DNA from: Octopus sinensis
Taxonomy: Eukaryota
Reading direction: 5' to 3'
NCBI RefSeq assembly: GCF_006345805.1
Contig: NW_021827576.1
Span: forward strand, 1-21,626
Length of the DNA stretch: 21,626 nucleotides
In this document: piece by piece, positions 1-10,509 of the stretch
How positions within the stretch are numbered: the stretch's first letter is position 1
Layout of the letters: the number at the start of each line of letters is the position of its first letter
Position numbers and translations under genes: made by a program
The notes under the pieces: generated by a model
The model's database searches: none
The model's input: the letters and a program-made list of their open reading frames with translations, nothing else
What the model was told of the DNA's origin: nothing

Positions 1-220
1 GCAGAATCGTTTGTTCACCCGTGAAATGCTTAGCGGCATTTCGTCCGTCTTCGCCTTCCGAGTTCAAATTCCAACAAGGTGGACTTTGTAGTTCATCCCT
101 TTCGGGGTCGATAAAAAAAGCTCCATTTCCACACTGTAGTCGATGTGGTTGACAAACCTCCTCAAAGTGGGTCTCTCTCTCCTAATATTGCCCCTAAATA
201 GAGCCAAAATTTGAAAGCAT
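1..220 (+). mobile_element. Degenerate tRNA-derived SINE, family 1 (Nin/Deu-domain-like), cut by the window start
   Basis: GCAGAATCGTT...GAGTTCAAATTCC (B-box-like)...TTCATCCCTTTCGGGGTCGATAAA is colinear with the better copy at 954-1187. Confidence 0.8.
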
Positions 221-799
221 TATTTCACACTCGAAATATTGAGGAAGTAAATGAAGATTTTATTTTGGGGACAATTTTACACACACATACACACACACAC
301 ACACTCATTAATACATGCGGACATATATAGATATTTGTGTTTTTGTTGTGTGTGAGTGTGTGTGTCTGTGTGTATGTGTAATCGATAGATGATATGATCG
401 AATGCTTTTCGTTACTTCTCCCTACGCATTCTGATAAGGCTGTGCTATTCCTATGACTGTTGTTGCAAGCCCACTGTAGCACCATATGTGTGCATTTCTG
501 TACATATATACATTCACCAGTTTAGCCATTGTAACAAGGTAATAGAGGGTCTGATTATTTGGGAAGGAAACTCTAAGCCATTTGGTTTTGGGAATGAAAA
601 CCGAAACAAATCTCAGTGAAATTCTTCTCTGATTTTCTCCACCCCACCATTTTACATAGATACATACAAACATACATGCATGTTTACATACATACATGCA
701 TGCATGCATACATACGTACACAAATGCATCCGTAAATACATACATCAATGCATACCTCCATAGATATGCATATAAATGAATATATATGTGTGTGTTTTA

Positions 800-934
800 A
801 AGCGCTTCCAACAGATTCGGTTTCCAAACTTTTCTCACAAACAAATTGTTGCCCTAGTTACCGAACATTGGAATTGAACACAAAACCACATGGTCGCAAA
901 GCAAAGTTCTTAACAGCACATCCATGCCAGCGTC
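800..934 (-). mobile_element. Highly degenerate head of SINE family 2
   Basis: GGAATTGAACACAAAACCACATGGTCGCAAAGCAAAGTTCTTAACAGCACATCCATGCCAGCGTC aligns with 17199-17262 (GGGATTGAACCCAGAACCATGTGGTTGGTTAGCAAGCTACTTACCACACAGCCACTCCTGCGCC). Confidence 0.6.
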
Positions 935-953
935 TATATTTATTTTAAACGTA

Positions 954-1187
954 GGCGGCGAACTGGCAGAAACGTTAGCACGCCGGGCTAAATGCGTGGC
1001 AGTATTTCGTCTGTCGTTACGTTCCGAGTTCAGATTCCGCCGAGGTCGACTTTGCCTTTCATCCTTTCGGGGTCGATAAATTAAGTACCAGTTACGCACT
1101 GGGGTCGATGTAATCGACTTAATCCCTTTGTCTGTCATAAAGGACATTCTCCTCTGTGTTTAGCCTCTTGTGGGTAGTATACAAATA
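954..1187 (+). mobile_element. Full-length tRNA-derived SINE, family 1, with probable target-site duplication
   Basis: A-box-like TGGCAGAAACGTTAGC, B-box-like GAGTTCAGATTCC, Nin/Deu-like core GCCTTTCATCCTTTCGGGGTCGATAAATTAAGTACCAG; flanked by TATATTTATTTT at 935-946 and 1188-1199. Confidence 0.9.
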
Positions 1188-1952
1188 TATATTTATTTTC
1201 AATGAAATCCAACCAGCCCGATTGAATATTTTCTCTAGGATGAGACCATTCTACCGCCATCGTAAAGCATCTAATTTTTCTAATATTTTACACCAAAAAC
1301 ATATGAAATAACGCTAAGCAGCAACTAAAGCGAAGAGAATAATGCAAAAATATGAAATATATAAAATTTTATGATAAAGGTAGAACTATAAAAACGTTTT
1401 CAATGAGATTCAATGACTTAATATCCATAAGTTAACCATATTAGATGTACATTATAAAGCTTGCCCTATAGAACTTAAGTATTCTATATGTTTTCTGATC
1501 AAAAAGACTGTTAAAATTTTTTATAGTAAGTTAATTACTGTGATGCAAAGAAAAAGCACTAACGGAAGTACTTAAAAAAATCCATATATTATAAATTAGA
1601 ATCCACAATGGAACGCAAATGTTTACATAACCAATAAATTTATATTTAATTTGTTTTTGCCATTTTTCGCAGATTAATTTTTTTTTTTTTGTCTTTGAGG
1701 TGTCCAAGTATAAGCGATAGTTACGTGATTGTAAGTATTATAATGTGTGTTAAATAATCAACAGATATTAGTAATATGGTCGTGTAAGAGGTCTCGTATA
1801 ATTTTATTATCGGAGAGATATAGACTAATAGATTTGTGTTTGGAAATTAAAGACGGCGAAATAAAAGGGGAGATAAGCGTAGAGAATGATTATTCCGAAT
1901 TCAAATTGAACATTTAAAGTGAATAGTAAAATAACTATTTGCATTTGTTAAC

Positions 1953-2019
<67 letters not shown>
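1953..2019. repeat. (TAT)n microsatellite
   Basis: About 22 perfect trinucleotide units. Confidence 0.97.
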
Positions 2020-2314
2020 GTATATGTTCAATAATTAGCATAAAACATTTGCAATTGTCTGGTGTGTTGGTTTTTACAATTCTATCTATCTGTCTATCTA
2101 TTCCTCTCTCCTCTGTCCGTTTGTTTCTCTTCACACATTCTCTCTCTGTACATACGCAGGCGCACATGCACACACTCAAACACACCACACACACACACAG
2201 ACATATATATAGATATATATATATATAGGGAGAGTTTACGAAAAAAACAAAAGACGAAGACAGGTGGTGTACAAAACAAACAGATGTATTAGAATAACGC
2301 TCAGGAATAGAAAA

Positions 2315-2356
2315 GTCTTTTACGTTTCGAGCCTACGCTCTTCTACAGAAAGGGAC
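2315..2356 (-). ncRNA. Minimal type I hammerhead-ribozyme-like motif with an A6>U core variant
   Basis: Minus strand reads GTCC-CTTT CTGTAGA A GAGC-GTAG-GCTC GAAAC GTA AAAG-AC: stem I CTTT/AAAG, 4-bp stem II, GAAA, palindromic ACGT stem III, GUA triplet. Confidence 0.55.
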
Positions 2357-2984
2357 ACAGAAAACAAAGACAGAAACAAGGAGAGGAAACGGACACAGTT
2401 CTTGTGTCGTATAATCTGCTGGAGACACCGTCTCCTGGAGCTAAACAACAGTAGCATTCGTCCCAAACAGGACTGCCACTTTAGGTTGGCAAATAATCTT
2501 TACCTTAATTGACTGCTACTGAATATCTCTCATTGAGAGGTTTAGGAACAAAAAACGTTTCTATCTATTAGATCAGTGATATTGTAACACATAGAACATT
2601 ATATATATTATCGAACGAGTTTTTAGCAGTCAAAGAGTTATTCAGTGTCGACGAAGAGACAAATAACCCTGTAACAGTGCCGTCCACTTAAATTCTATAG
2701 GTTTTCTAAGGCAAATAAGCATGGACAGCTACGTGGAGGTGCTTATCACCCCAGTTTGAAAACTTATGGGAAAAAATGCTTGTGTCATATAGCCAACTAG
2801 AAACGATGTTTCCTGGGGCTAAATAGCAGTTACATTCTTCCCTTTTATGGGACTGACATATTAAGTTGGTAACAAACCATCTCTCTCTCTCTCACTATAT
2901 ATATATAATATATATATACACATATCCGTAAATTGATATGTGACAATTATATATCTATATGTATATTATGTATATATATATATA

Positions 2985-3025
<41 letters not shown>

Positions 3026-3102
3026 TTGTAAAAACGGTAAGATAACAAAAGAAAGAGACCTCAATATTATGTAAATAGAAGAAATTTATCTGTAAAATAA
3101 TA

Positions 3103-3268
3103 ATGTTACAATTATTCAATAGCCAGATAAAACTCTGAGTTTCCGATGCTGAAGTGGAATCCACAACAGCATTCAGATGGCCAGATAACCGAAGAGATGG
3201 TGTTGTGGATTTCCACTTCGGCATCCGAAACTCAGAGTTTTATCTTGGCTATTGAATAATTGTCACAT
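3103..3268. repeat. About 70-bp inverted repeat (arms 3103-3172 and 3197-3268), probable Penelope-like pseudo-LTR inversion
   Basis: The arms are reverse complements with a few mismatches and indels; the element is flanked by (TA)n on the left and (CA)n on the right. Confidence 0.85.
3180..3249 (+). ncRNA. Type I hammerhead-ribozyme-like motif with a U4>C core variant
   Basis: GCCA-GATAA CCGAAGA GATG..GTGG-ATTT-CCAC..CATC C GAAA CT-CAG-AGT T TTATC-T-TGGC: 9-bp stem I with one bulge, long stem II, palindromic AACTC-A-GAGTT stem III, GUU triplet ending at 3239. Confidence 0.65.
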
Positions 3269-3275
3269 ATTAATT

Positions 3276-3388
<113 letters not shown>

Positions 3389-3756
3389 GCAGACACAAGG
3401 CACACCACACAAACACAAACACACACAGATACACATATATATCTATGTCATATTCGGTTTTGAAATATGCACAGGTAGTGGTAATACGGAACACAAGTAT
3501 TAAGAGAACAGATTTAGTTTAATATATTTCAATATTGCTGCTTTAAATCATTCCAAAACTTCTGACTGAAACCACTACAATGACAAATAATATCTATTTA
3601 AGAGCACAACGCGCAAGGTTCACCATGATTGTATATAAATTTCCTCGAATGAAAGAGCTAAAACGATGTATCACATTCGCTTTCAAATTCAACATTGCAA
3701 TAGGCTGACCATAACAATACCTAGAATTTAGGCATAACACGAACAAGTTTAGTAAC

Positions 3757-3957
3757 TATGATGTGGGGCTGAAAAGTTTCTAGCTTTCAGGGTATCGCGA
3801 AAGATCTAGTTCTTTTAAAAAGCTTAGAAAAACTGAAAGATCGTTAATATAAGACTGTAAATCTGAGACGGGAATGTGTTTAATACAATCGTAATTAACT
3901 GATCCACCTGTATTTTCTTTTACCCCAAACTAGATATTTTCCAGAAACCCTCACATA
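3757..3957 (+). mobile_element. Mariner-derived non-autonomous element (MITE) with a transposase C-terminal relic
   Basis: TA at both ends and degenerate TIRs (TGATGTGGGGCTGAAAAGTTTCTAGCTTT / AAACTAGATATTTTCCAGAAACCCTCACA); 3818-3883 translates KSLEKLKDR*YKTVNLRRECV*, resembling the mariner transposase C-terminus (..KL..RW.KC...G.Y.E). Confidence 0.7.
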
Positions 3958-4169
3958 TGCAGTTAGATAGCAAATATATAGTGCCAGAACAATAACCCCG
4001 GAAGCTTGGGTCCGGATTCATTCGGTATTTTTCAATCTTATTTTTCTGGAGAGAGTAAAAATATAAACTTTGAATATAAAATAAACTATAAAAAGGAAAG
4101 AACTAAATTGCATTTACCATATTCAAGTTAATACGATCCTAAAACAGAATCTGTTCAATATTTATCAAC

Positions 4170-4370
4170 TTTTACTCTTGTACTTGTTTCAGTCACTTGA
4201 CTGTTCCATGCTGGAGCACCGCCTTTAGTCTTCGTATGCCTAGTACTTATTTTATCGGTCTCTTTTGCCGAACAGCTGAGTTACGAGGATGTAAACACAC
4301 CAGCATCGGTTGTCAAATGATGTTGAGGGGACAAATACAGACACACAATCATACACACAAACACACACAA

Positions 4371-4401
<31 letters not shown>

Positions 4402-4498
4402 CGACGGGCTTCTTTAAGTTTCCGTCTACCAAGTCCACTCACAAGGCTTTGGTCGACCCGAGGCTATAGTAGAAGACACTTGCCCAAGTTGCCACGCA
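4170..4498 (-). mobile_element. SINE family 2 (CORE-like), 5'-truncated and internally deleted
   Basis: Colinear with 16857-17197, including the TACTCTTT-type tail, the internal CA/TA tract and GAAGACACTTGCCCAAG. Confidence 0.9.
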
Positions 4499-4567
4499 AA
4501 TTCTTAAAATTTAATATTCTGTAGCATATATATAAAATTTAAATATAACATTTTTAGGTTGACAAAA

Positions 4568-4755
4568 GGCGACAAAATCATTAGAACGTCGGTAAAAATG
4601 CTTAGCGGCATTTCGCCCGTCGCTATGTTCAAATTCTGCCGAGGTTGTCCTTTCGAGGTTGAAAAAAATAGTACCAATTGGTCACTGGGGACAATTTAAT
4701 CGACTTACCTCTTCCCTGAACATGCTGGCCTTGTGCCGAAATGTAAACCGAATAT
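4568..4755 (+). mobile_element. Degenerate SINE family 1 with the older tail type
   Basis: AAATGCTTAGCGGCATTTCGCCCGTC..GTTCAAATTCTGCCGAGG..CACTGGGG..AATCGACTTACC..GCTGGCCTTGTGCC. Confidence 0.8.
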
Positions 4756-5434
4756 TTTTAGGATGAAAATTTAGTGAAGAGCATAATTTTATCTAAGAGA
4801 TGCTGGTAGAATGAATGCAATTATAAAGCAGTGTAAGTTTCATTTTAATCATTCGACTTAAAAACATTAAAGAACAAAATTAGTTTAACACACCATATGC
4901 AAATTAAAGAATTTCAAAAATAGGGTTTATTTACATAATTCAGGGAATCTTATATTGCATGGATTCGCACGTTACTCCAGGTTTTTCTGAATTCCAGAAT
5001 TTCAGAAACCAGAGAAAGGGTCCGTTTCTGTATCACATTATATGAATCTTTCTGAGCAAACACGAAAGTCATTTAGCGAACAATAGCGGGTAGAAGGTCA
5101 ACTTCTTATAAATACACTTGTGAGTCTCTGTTTTTGCTGAACATATACTTACTAATCTTGTGTGAGTTATAGGTGGGAGGATAAGTAACTTTGAGAAAAA
5201 TTCTGCAACAATAGGTTTTGAACAGATATCGATGTATGATTTTATTTTCTGTGATTATGTTACTTATAACCAGCTGTCTTGTATGGAAACAAACATCGAA
5301 CTTGTTCTAAATCAAAACAGTTTATCAAATGTGTCATGAATAATACATTACTATTTGAAAGGCAAAAATTGTGCTTTATAATAAACGCAATTGTATTTAC
5401 ACAGTCACGCAGAAGGCGTAGTCACACTCGTAAA

Positions 5435-6530
5435 CACATGTATGTATGTATGTATGTATACACTCACGTATAGAAGCATCGAATCGTATACACATATACT
5501 TCATATATTGTAGCCAAATTATGTATCGATAAGCATTATAATACTGCATATATATATGTACATCTAATTACAAACGTATAAACTTGAGCGTGGTCACAGA
5601 TAGATATATCGATAGATAAATAGACATATATATAGATGTATAAATAGATAGGTACATAGTCAGATAGATAGACAGATAGATATATACATACATATAGATA
5701 CATATATATAAGCATGCATACATATATAAATAGCTGGATAAATAGATTGGTGCGTAGTCAGATAGATAGACAGATATATATATATATATATATATACATA
5801 CATATAGATATATGTATATATACAAGTATGCATACATATATATATATTCATATACATACGGACACGTGTTTTTAAAATTGCTGCACCATTGTTTATGCGT
5901 AAATATATCTTTGTGGGTGTGTTATACACACATGTAGGTACATATACAATTAAATATCAATATATACATATGTCTCTACATGTATGTATTTATGTATTTA
6001 TGTATGTATGTATGTATATATCTATATATATATATTCATTATATGTATGTATATGTATATATGCGGGTGTGTATGCTTTTAGAAATGTGTTACATATGTT
6101 TATATGTGAATATATGTGCGTTTATGCGAGTATGTGAGCTACAGACACACACGCACCTGCTCCAAAGTTGACTTCTCGTTAGACTCAAATACACAAATAT
6201 ACACCTACGTACACGCACACAAACATACATACATACACACATATGTACATGTACATTTATGATTTCACGAATATTACATTTTTTTTCATATATGTCGTTT
6301 CATGTTAATACTGCTACATAGTGGACCAAAAGGACACATGTACACATATGCACATACATGCAAACATACACCTACACACATATGTACTCTCATTTATATA
6401 CAGACGTGTGTTTAGGAGATTAATGTGTGTATCTGTATTTGTGTCGGAGGAGGTGTACATGCGGTGTATATACAAGCTTAGAGACGTGTCTGTATACAAA
6501 TATACATGTATGTGCGTTGTGTGTTGCTGT
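5435..6530. repeat. Long degenerate low-complexity tract (TA/CA/TATG/GATA) containing a tandem duplication of about 98 bp
   Basis: Alternating purine-pyrimidine tracts; TAAATAGAT.GGT.C.TAGTCAGATAGATAGACAGATA occurs at both 5641 and 5739. Confidence 0.85.
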
Positions 6531-6695
6531 GTAGATCTCCGACTGTGCCAAACAGACAGAATTACGGTCGCTGGAATAGAAATCTATTTATATGTTCCAC
6601 AATATAAACATTACAGACTGTGTGTTTACGTCTACAATTCCGACTCGATATAAAACACGATAGCTAAAGACAATGAAACTAGCAGCACAAGGAAC

Positions 6696-6772
6696 ACAAC
6701 CACGACCACCACCAACAACAACAACAACATCGCAACGCCACCACTGCCACCTCCACCAGGAACAACAGCAAT
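6696..6772. repeat. Degenerate (ACC/AAC/GCC)n trinucleotide tract
   Basis: Directly visible. Confidence 0.8.
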
Positions 6773-7331
6773 ATCTATAATATCAGAGATAGGAACATCA
6801 GCAGTAGTCGTTTATAACAAGAGCAATAAGACGAACCAGTTTTGTGAACGTACTTAATAAATCAAATTGAAAGCTACGCCGATTTCGCTGTCAACAAAGA
6901 CCGGCTAACATTTATATGGAGCGATTCTGATTCATCAATGTTGCGGATTAAAACAAAAGCTATGTTATATTCAAATGACTTTCTTGTATATTTTAGACAG
7001 AGTTACCATAATTGTAAGCATTTTTATCTATCCATGAATATTGTGTTATTAATTCCCTGCTTGACAGCAACAGAAATTGTTTTCAACAAAAGTCAAGTTT
7101 TAGCAATAAAATTATCATTCTTTGTCTCATTTGCATGGATAAAAATATCGGCAAAATCAAAGTCACTTTTCTTCGTCTCTCCAATTCTTCCGTTTCTTTG
7201 TTCCACTGCGTTTTGATTGCATTTTGTTTTTATGTTACCAAGTCTTTTCCTCCATCCGTCTGCTTTTAATTGCAGCCTCTCTTCGCATGTTCGTTACTTC
7301 ATCTTGCAGTATTCCGTTCCTCTGACCGTGA

Positions 7332-7425
7332 CTTCCTGGTCCTTTCATGATAGGCTTCCTCGTGGTCCTTTCATTATTGGCTTCCCCGTGGTCCTTTCAT
7401 TATTGGCTTTCTCGTGGTCCTTTCA
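7332..7425. repeat. 26-bp minisatellite, about 3.6 copies (GGCTTCCTCGTGGTCCTTTCATTATT)
   Basis: TGGTCCTTTCA at 7337, 7363, 7389 and 7415 (period 26). Confidence 0.92.
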
Positions 7426-7578
7426 CAGACCTCCCCAAGGCAACACCAACATCCTCCCAACGATTAGCTAAGGAATATTTTTAAACTGTGAATAACTCAA
7501 TTAAACTCGATTGCTCTCACAAACGAGAATACTAGAAATGAACCCGATCCTCTCAAAAATTACGTTAAAAAAAAACAG

Positions 7579-7686
7579 AAAAAATAATCCAGAATCCTTC
7601 TCCGGTACCGGATCTATCCCAAAATCTAATCGGGTGGTGCCAGTCACGAAAACATACCATTGCTTTCGCTAAGGTGGAGGTAATAA
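7579..7686 (-). mobile_element. Fragment of a Helentron-associated (HINE/DINE-like) non-autonomous element
   Basis: Minus strand starts TTATTACCTCCACC..GGTATGTTTTC and continues GATTAGATTTTGGG..GATCCGGTACCGGA..GGATTCTGGATT; these motifs are recalled from such elements and were not database-checked. Confidence 0.5.
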
Positions 7687-7761
7687 GAATACATAAGAAT
7701 GATTCCTGTCACCGCTTCCTTTTTCATGGAATGCAGGCAGGTGAGAATAATTGACTTTTGT

Positions 7762-7998
7762 CTTTTATCTTTTTTTTTGTCTCAGTCACTGGGCTGCGGC
7801 CATGCTGGATTACTACTTTGAAAGGATCAGACGAATAAATGGACCCTAATACTTTTAAAAATAATAAAAAGTCTCGAACTTGGTTATATCATTCACATTC
7901 TCGAACTACTAATTTGCGGGGATGTGAAATAACAGCACTAGGTATCAACTGACAGGGGAACAAATACTAAAACACACAAACACACGCACGCACATACT
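7762..7998 (-). mobile_element. Old, degenerate 3' half of SINE family 2
   Basis: TGTCTCAGTCACTGGGCTGCGGCCATGCTGGA..GACCC..CGGGGATGTGAA..(CA)n is colinear with 16870-17080. Confidence 0.7.
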
Positions 7999-8267
7999 CA
8001 CCCTGGGAACATGCTCCTTGCATAGCTTCGAAAAATATTATGGACGGTACATTTAGTGCATTAGGCATTTCTTATCACCCTCAGGAGTCATGATATACTC
8101 AATCGGGTACAGTCAATCGTTTACATAACCTGAACATCTTTCTGCCTGTACATCAGTACCCGCGTATGTATTTCCCTATTTTTGTTCTCCATGCATTTTT
8201 ACTTTCCGACCCAACCCAATGCCCTATTTAAGTGCCTGATTCGCTTAAATCCTGATCTATTAGATCT

Positions 8268-8279
8268 ATATATATATAT

Positions 8280-8310
<31 letters not shown>

Positions 8311-8468
8311 GTATATATGTATACATATATATACACACACACACACATATATAACCTACATACACATACATACATATATCTATATCTATTCATCTGTCTA
8401 TCTATCATATATATATATATGTATGTGTGTGTGTATGTATGTAAGTAATATATATATATATATATATA
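8268..8468. repeat. Compound (TA)n/(TG)n/(CA)n microsatellite
   Basis: Directly visible; forms the left flank of the ribozyme element. Confidence 0.92.
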
Positions 8469-8663
8469 AAATTATTACATTATATAAAAGGGCTAGTAAA
8501 TAAATTACTTTGCCGCATACTGAACTCATTAGAATAGCAGCTAAAAAACTTTTTTAAAACTATTTCTAATACTTAAAGAAAACCTCTCTCCTATGTGTTT
8601 GCTCAATTCAACTCACGCAAATATGGGGGTAGAGACATTAAAAAATCAAGTGCAAAGGTTATT

Positions 8664-8716
8664 TGAGAACGTACGTTTTCAGATTAGTCAAAGTCGACAT
8701 TTCTATCATCAGCTCA
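8664..8716 (-). ncRNA. Type I hammerhead ribozyme motif, copy 1
   Basis: TGAG CTGATGA TAGAAATGTCGACTTTGACTAATCT GAAAAC GTAC GTT CTCA; differs from copies 2 and 3 by indels around GAAA. Confidence 0.65.
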
Positions 8717-9207
8717 GACTCCCTGGTTTGGATTTGAAAACACTGAAGTGGGAGCATACCCTTTCGCTTCCTCTCGCTTCTGAAGATCTGCTCGTAACTA
8801 ACAGTGCCAACAAACTCAAAATGCAAGCGAAGAATTTCTGCTCTCCCCTTTCCACCAGCGTGGTTAAAATCAGTAAACACTATGCTTTTTTCGGGTAAAA
8901 TCGCGGCATTATATAGAGAGAGATGATTATAATTTCAACAATTGAGGGTAATAATTATTAATCAATTTCACCAAGTATCATATGCAAAGGGACCATTTAA
9001 GCGAATTCAAATTATTACATTATATAAAAGGGCTTGGTAAAATAAATTACTTTGGCCGCATACTGAACTCATTAGAAATAGCAGCTAAAAAAACTTTTTT
9101 AAAACTATTTCTAATACTTAAGAAACCTCTCTCATATAGTGTTTGCTCAATTCAACTCACGCAAATATGGGGGTAGAGACATTAAAAAATCAAGTGCAAA
9201 GGTTATT

Positions 9208-9262
9208 TGAGAACGTACGTTTCAAGATTGTAGTCAAAGTCGACATTTCTATCATCAGCTCA
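9208..9262 (-). ncRNA. Type I hammerhead ribozyme motif, copy 2
   Basis: TGAG CTGATGA TAGAAATGTCGACTTTGACTACAATCTT GAAAC GTAC GTT CTCA. Confidence 0.72.
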
Positions 9263-9499
9263 GAACTCCCTGGTTTGGATTTGAAAACACTGAAAGTGGG
9301 AGCATACCCTTCGGCTTCCTCTCGCTTGAAGATCTGCTCGTATAACTAACAGTTGGTGGAAAGGGGAGAGCAGAAATTCTTCGCTTGCATTTTTGAGTTT
9401 GTTGGCACTGTTAGTTACGAGCAGATCTTCAGAAGCGAGAGGAAGCCGAAAGGGTATGCTCCCACTTTCAGTGTTTTCAAATCCAAACCAGGGAGTTCC

Positions 9500-9552
9500 T
9501 GAGCTGATGATAGAAATGTCGACTTTGACTAATCTTGAAACGTACGTTCTCA
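9500..9552 (+). ncRNA. Type I hammerhead ribozyme motif, copy 3
   Basis: Stem I TGAG/CTCA; core CTGATGA 9504-9510; stem II AGA/TCT plus GTC/GAC; GAAA 9537-9540; palindromic stem III ACGTACGT; predicted cut after GUU at 9548. Confidence 0.75.
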
Positions 9553-9831
9553 AATAACCTTTGCACTTGATTTTTTAATGTCTCTACCCCCATATTTGCG
9601 TGAGTTGAATTGAGCAAACACATATGAGAGAGGGTTTCTTTAAGTATTAGAAATAGTTTTAAAAAAGTTTTTTTAGCTGCTATTTCTAATGAGTTCAGTA
9701 TGCGGCAAAGTAATTTATTTTACCAAGCCCTTTTATATAATGTAATAATTTGAATTCGCCTTAAATGGTCCCTTTGCATACTGAATACTTGGTGAAATTG
9801 ATTATTAATTAATTTTACCTCAATTGTTGAA

Positions 9832-9833
<2 letters not shown>

Positions 9834-9862
<29 letters not shown>

Positions 9863-9921
9863 ATATGTTGTGTATAATATATGTGTGTGTGTGTGTGTGT
9901 ATGTGTGTATGTATATATATA
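9834..9921. repeat. (TA)n/(TG)n microsatellite
   Basis: Directly visible; forms the right flank of the ribozyme element. Confidence 0.92.
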
Positions 9922-9928
9922 GCCATCA

Positions 9929-10012
9929 ACCAAGTTCAATCATAAGATAATGGTCGACTCACAATTATGGAAGACACTTGCCCAAGCTGGCACGCGGTGG
10001 AACGGAGCCAAG
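9929..10012 (-). mobile_element. Degenerate SINE family 2 fragment
   Basis: TGGTCGACTC..GAAGACACTTGCCCAAGCTGGCACGCGGTGG matches 4450-4498. Confidence 0.65.
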
Positions 10013-10509
10013 AACCCAGCATTTGAAAAGTTTCTCTCTTCTACTTCACTCTGTTATTTACTTTATAACAACAATGAAAACAGCTTAAGGTATAAAGTCA
10101 AAGCGACACTTGTTGAGGCGGAATATAGTCGATTACATTAAACGAAGTACTTGTATCACTTTATCGATGACAGACAAATGCAGACTCGAGTAATAAGCAA
10201 ATTTTCTCTAAAAAAAAAAAGAAAATAAATAACAGTAGCAAAATCAGAAACGCCAGTACTGAAGCCATGTCTATTCAGTGAAATGAAAATTTCTAAGCAT
10301 CATTCAAATATATTACCATAGTTACACACTTTCTGGACAGAAGATAAGCGTTTGATTTTATACGTTCAAGAATGTAGAATTCTGTCTTGATCTTCGAGGG
10401 ATTTAAAATCGGAATCTAAACAAACAGTAGCAAAACGAACCACGATTAAAAGCAAACCATTTTCTCTGTTGCTCCATACTTTACTCCAATTCAACATCCA
10501 CCTTAGATA

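Larger units (their letters stand above)
8469..9833. mobile_element. Non-coding hammerhead-bearing element in three copies (8907>8469 minus, 9353>8932 minus, 9354>9833 plus); Penelope-like pLTR array or retrozyme-like
   Basis: Tandem period about 540 bp (AAATTATTACATTATATAAAAGGG at 8469 and 9009); inversion junction at 9353/9354; (TA)n on both sides; each copy has a hammerhead motif; no RT or GIY-YIG ORF is recognisable. Confidence 0.8.

Noticed and set aside
954-1040. tRNA gene (also the head at 17195-17262)
   Set aside because: A/B-box-like motifs are present but there is no proper cloverleaf, and the heads are contiguous with SINE bodies.
5641-5845. 98-bp tandem duplication
   Set aside because: Real, but best explained by slippage or unequal exchange in low-complexity DNA; no sign of function.
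7332-7425. CRISPR-like array
   Set aside because: Units are contiguous with no unique spacers, the context is eukaryotic, and there are no cas genes.
8779-8805. CTGAAGA on the strand opposite the main hammerhead (possible ambisense ribozyme)
   Set aside because: It is followed by GTAAC rather than GAAAC, with no stem II or stem I pairing.
8593-9553. Repeated ORFs (MGVETLKNQVQRLFENVRF...) in the triplicated element
   Set aside because: Frames break differently in each copy and show no RT, GIY-YIG or other recognisable motif; the conserved feature is the RNA motif.
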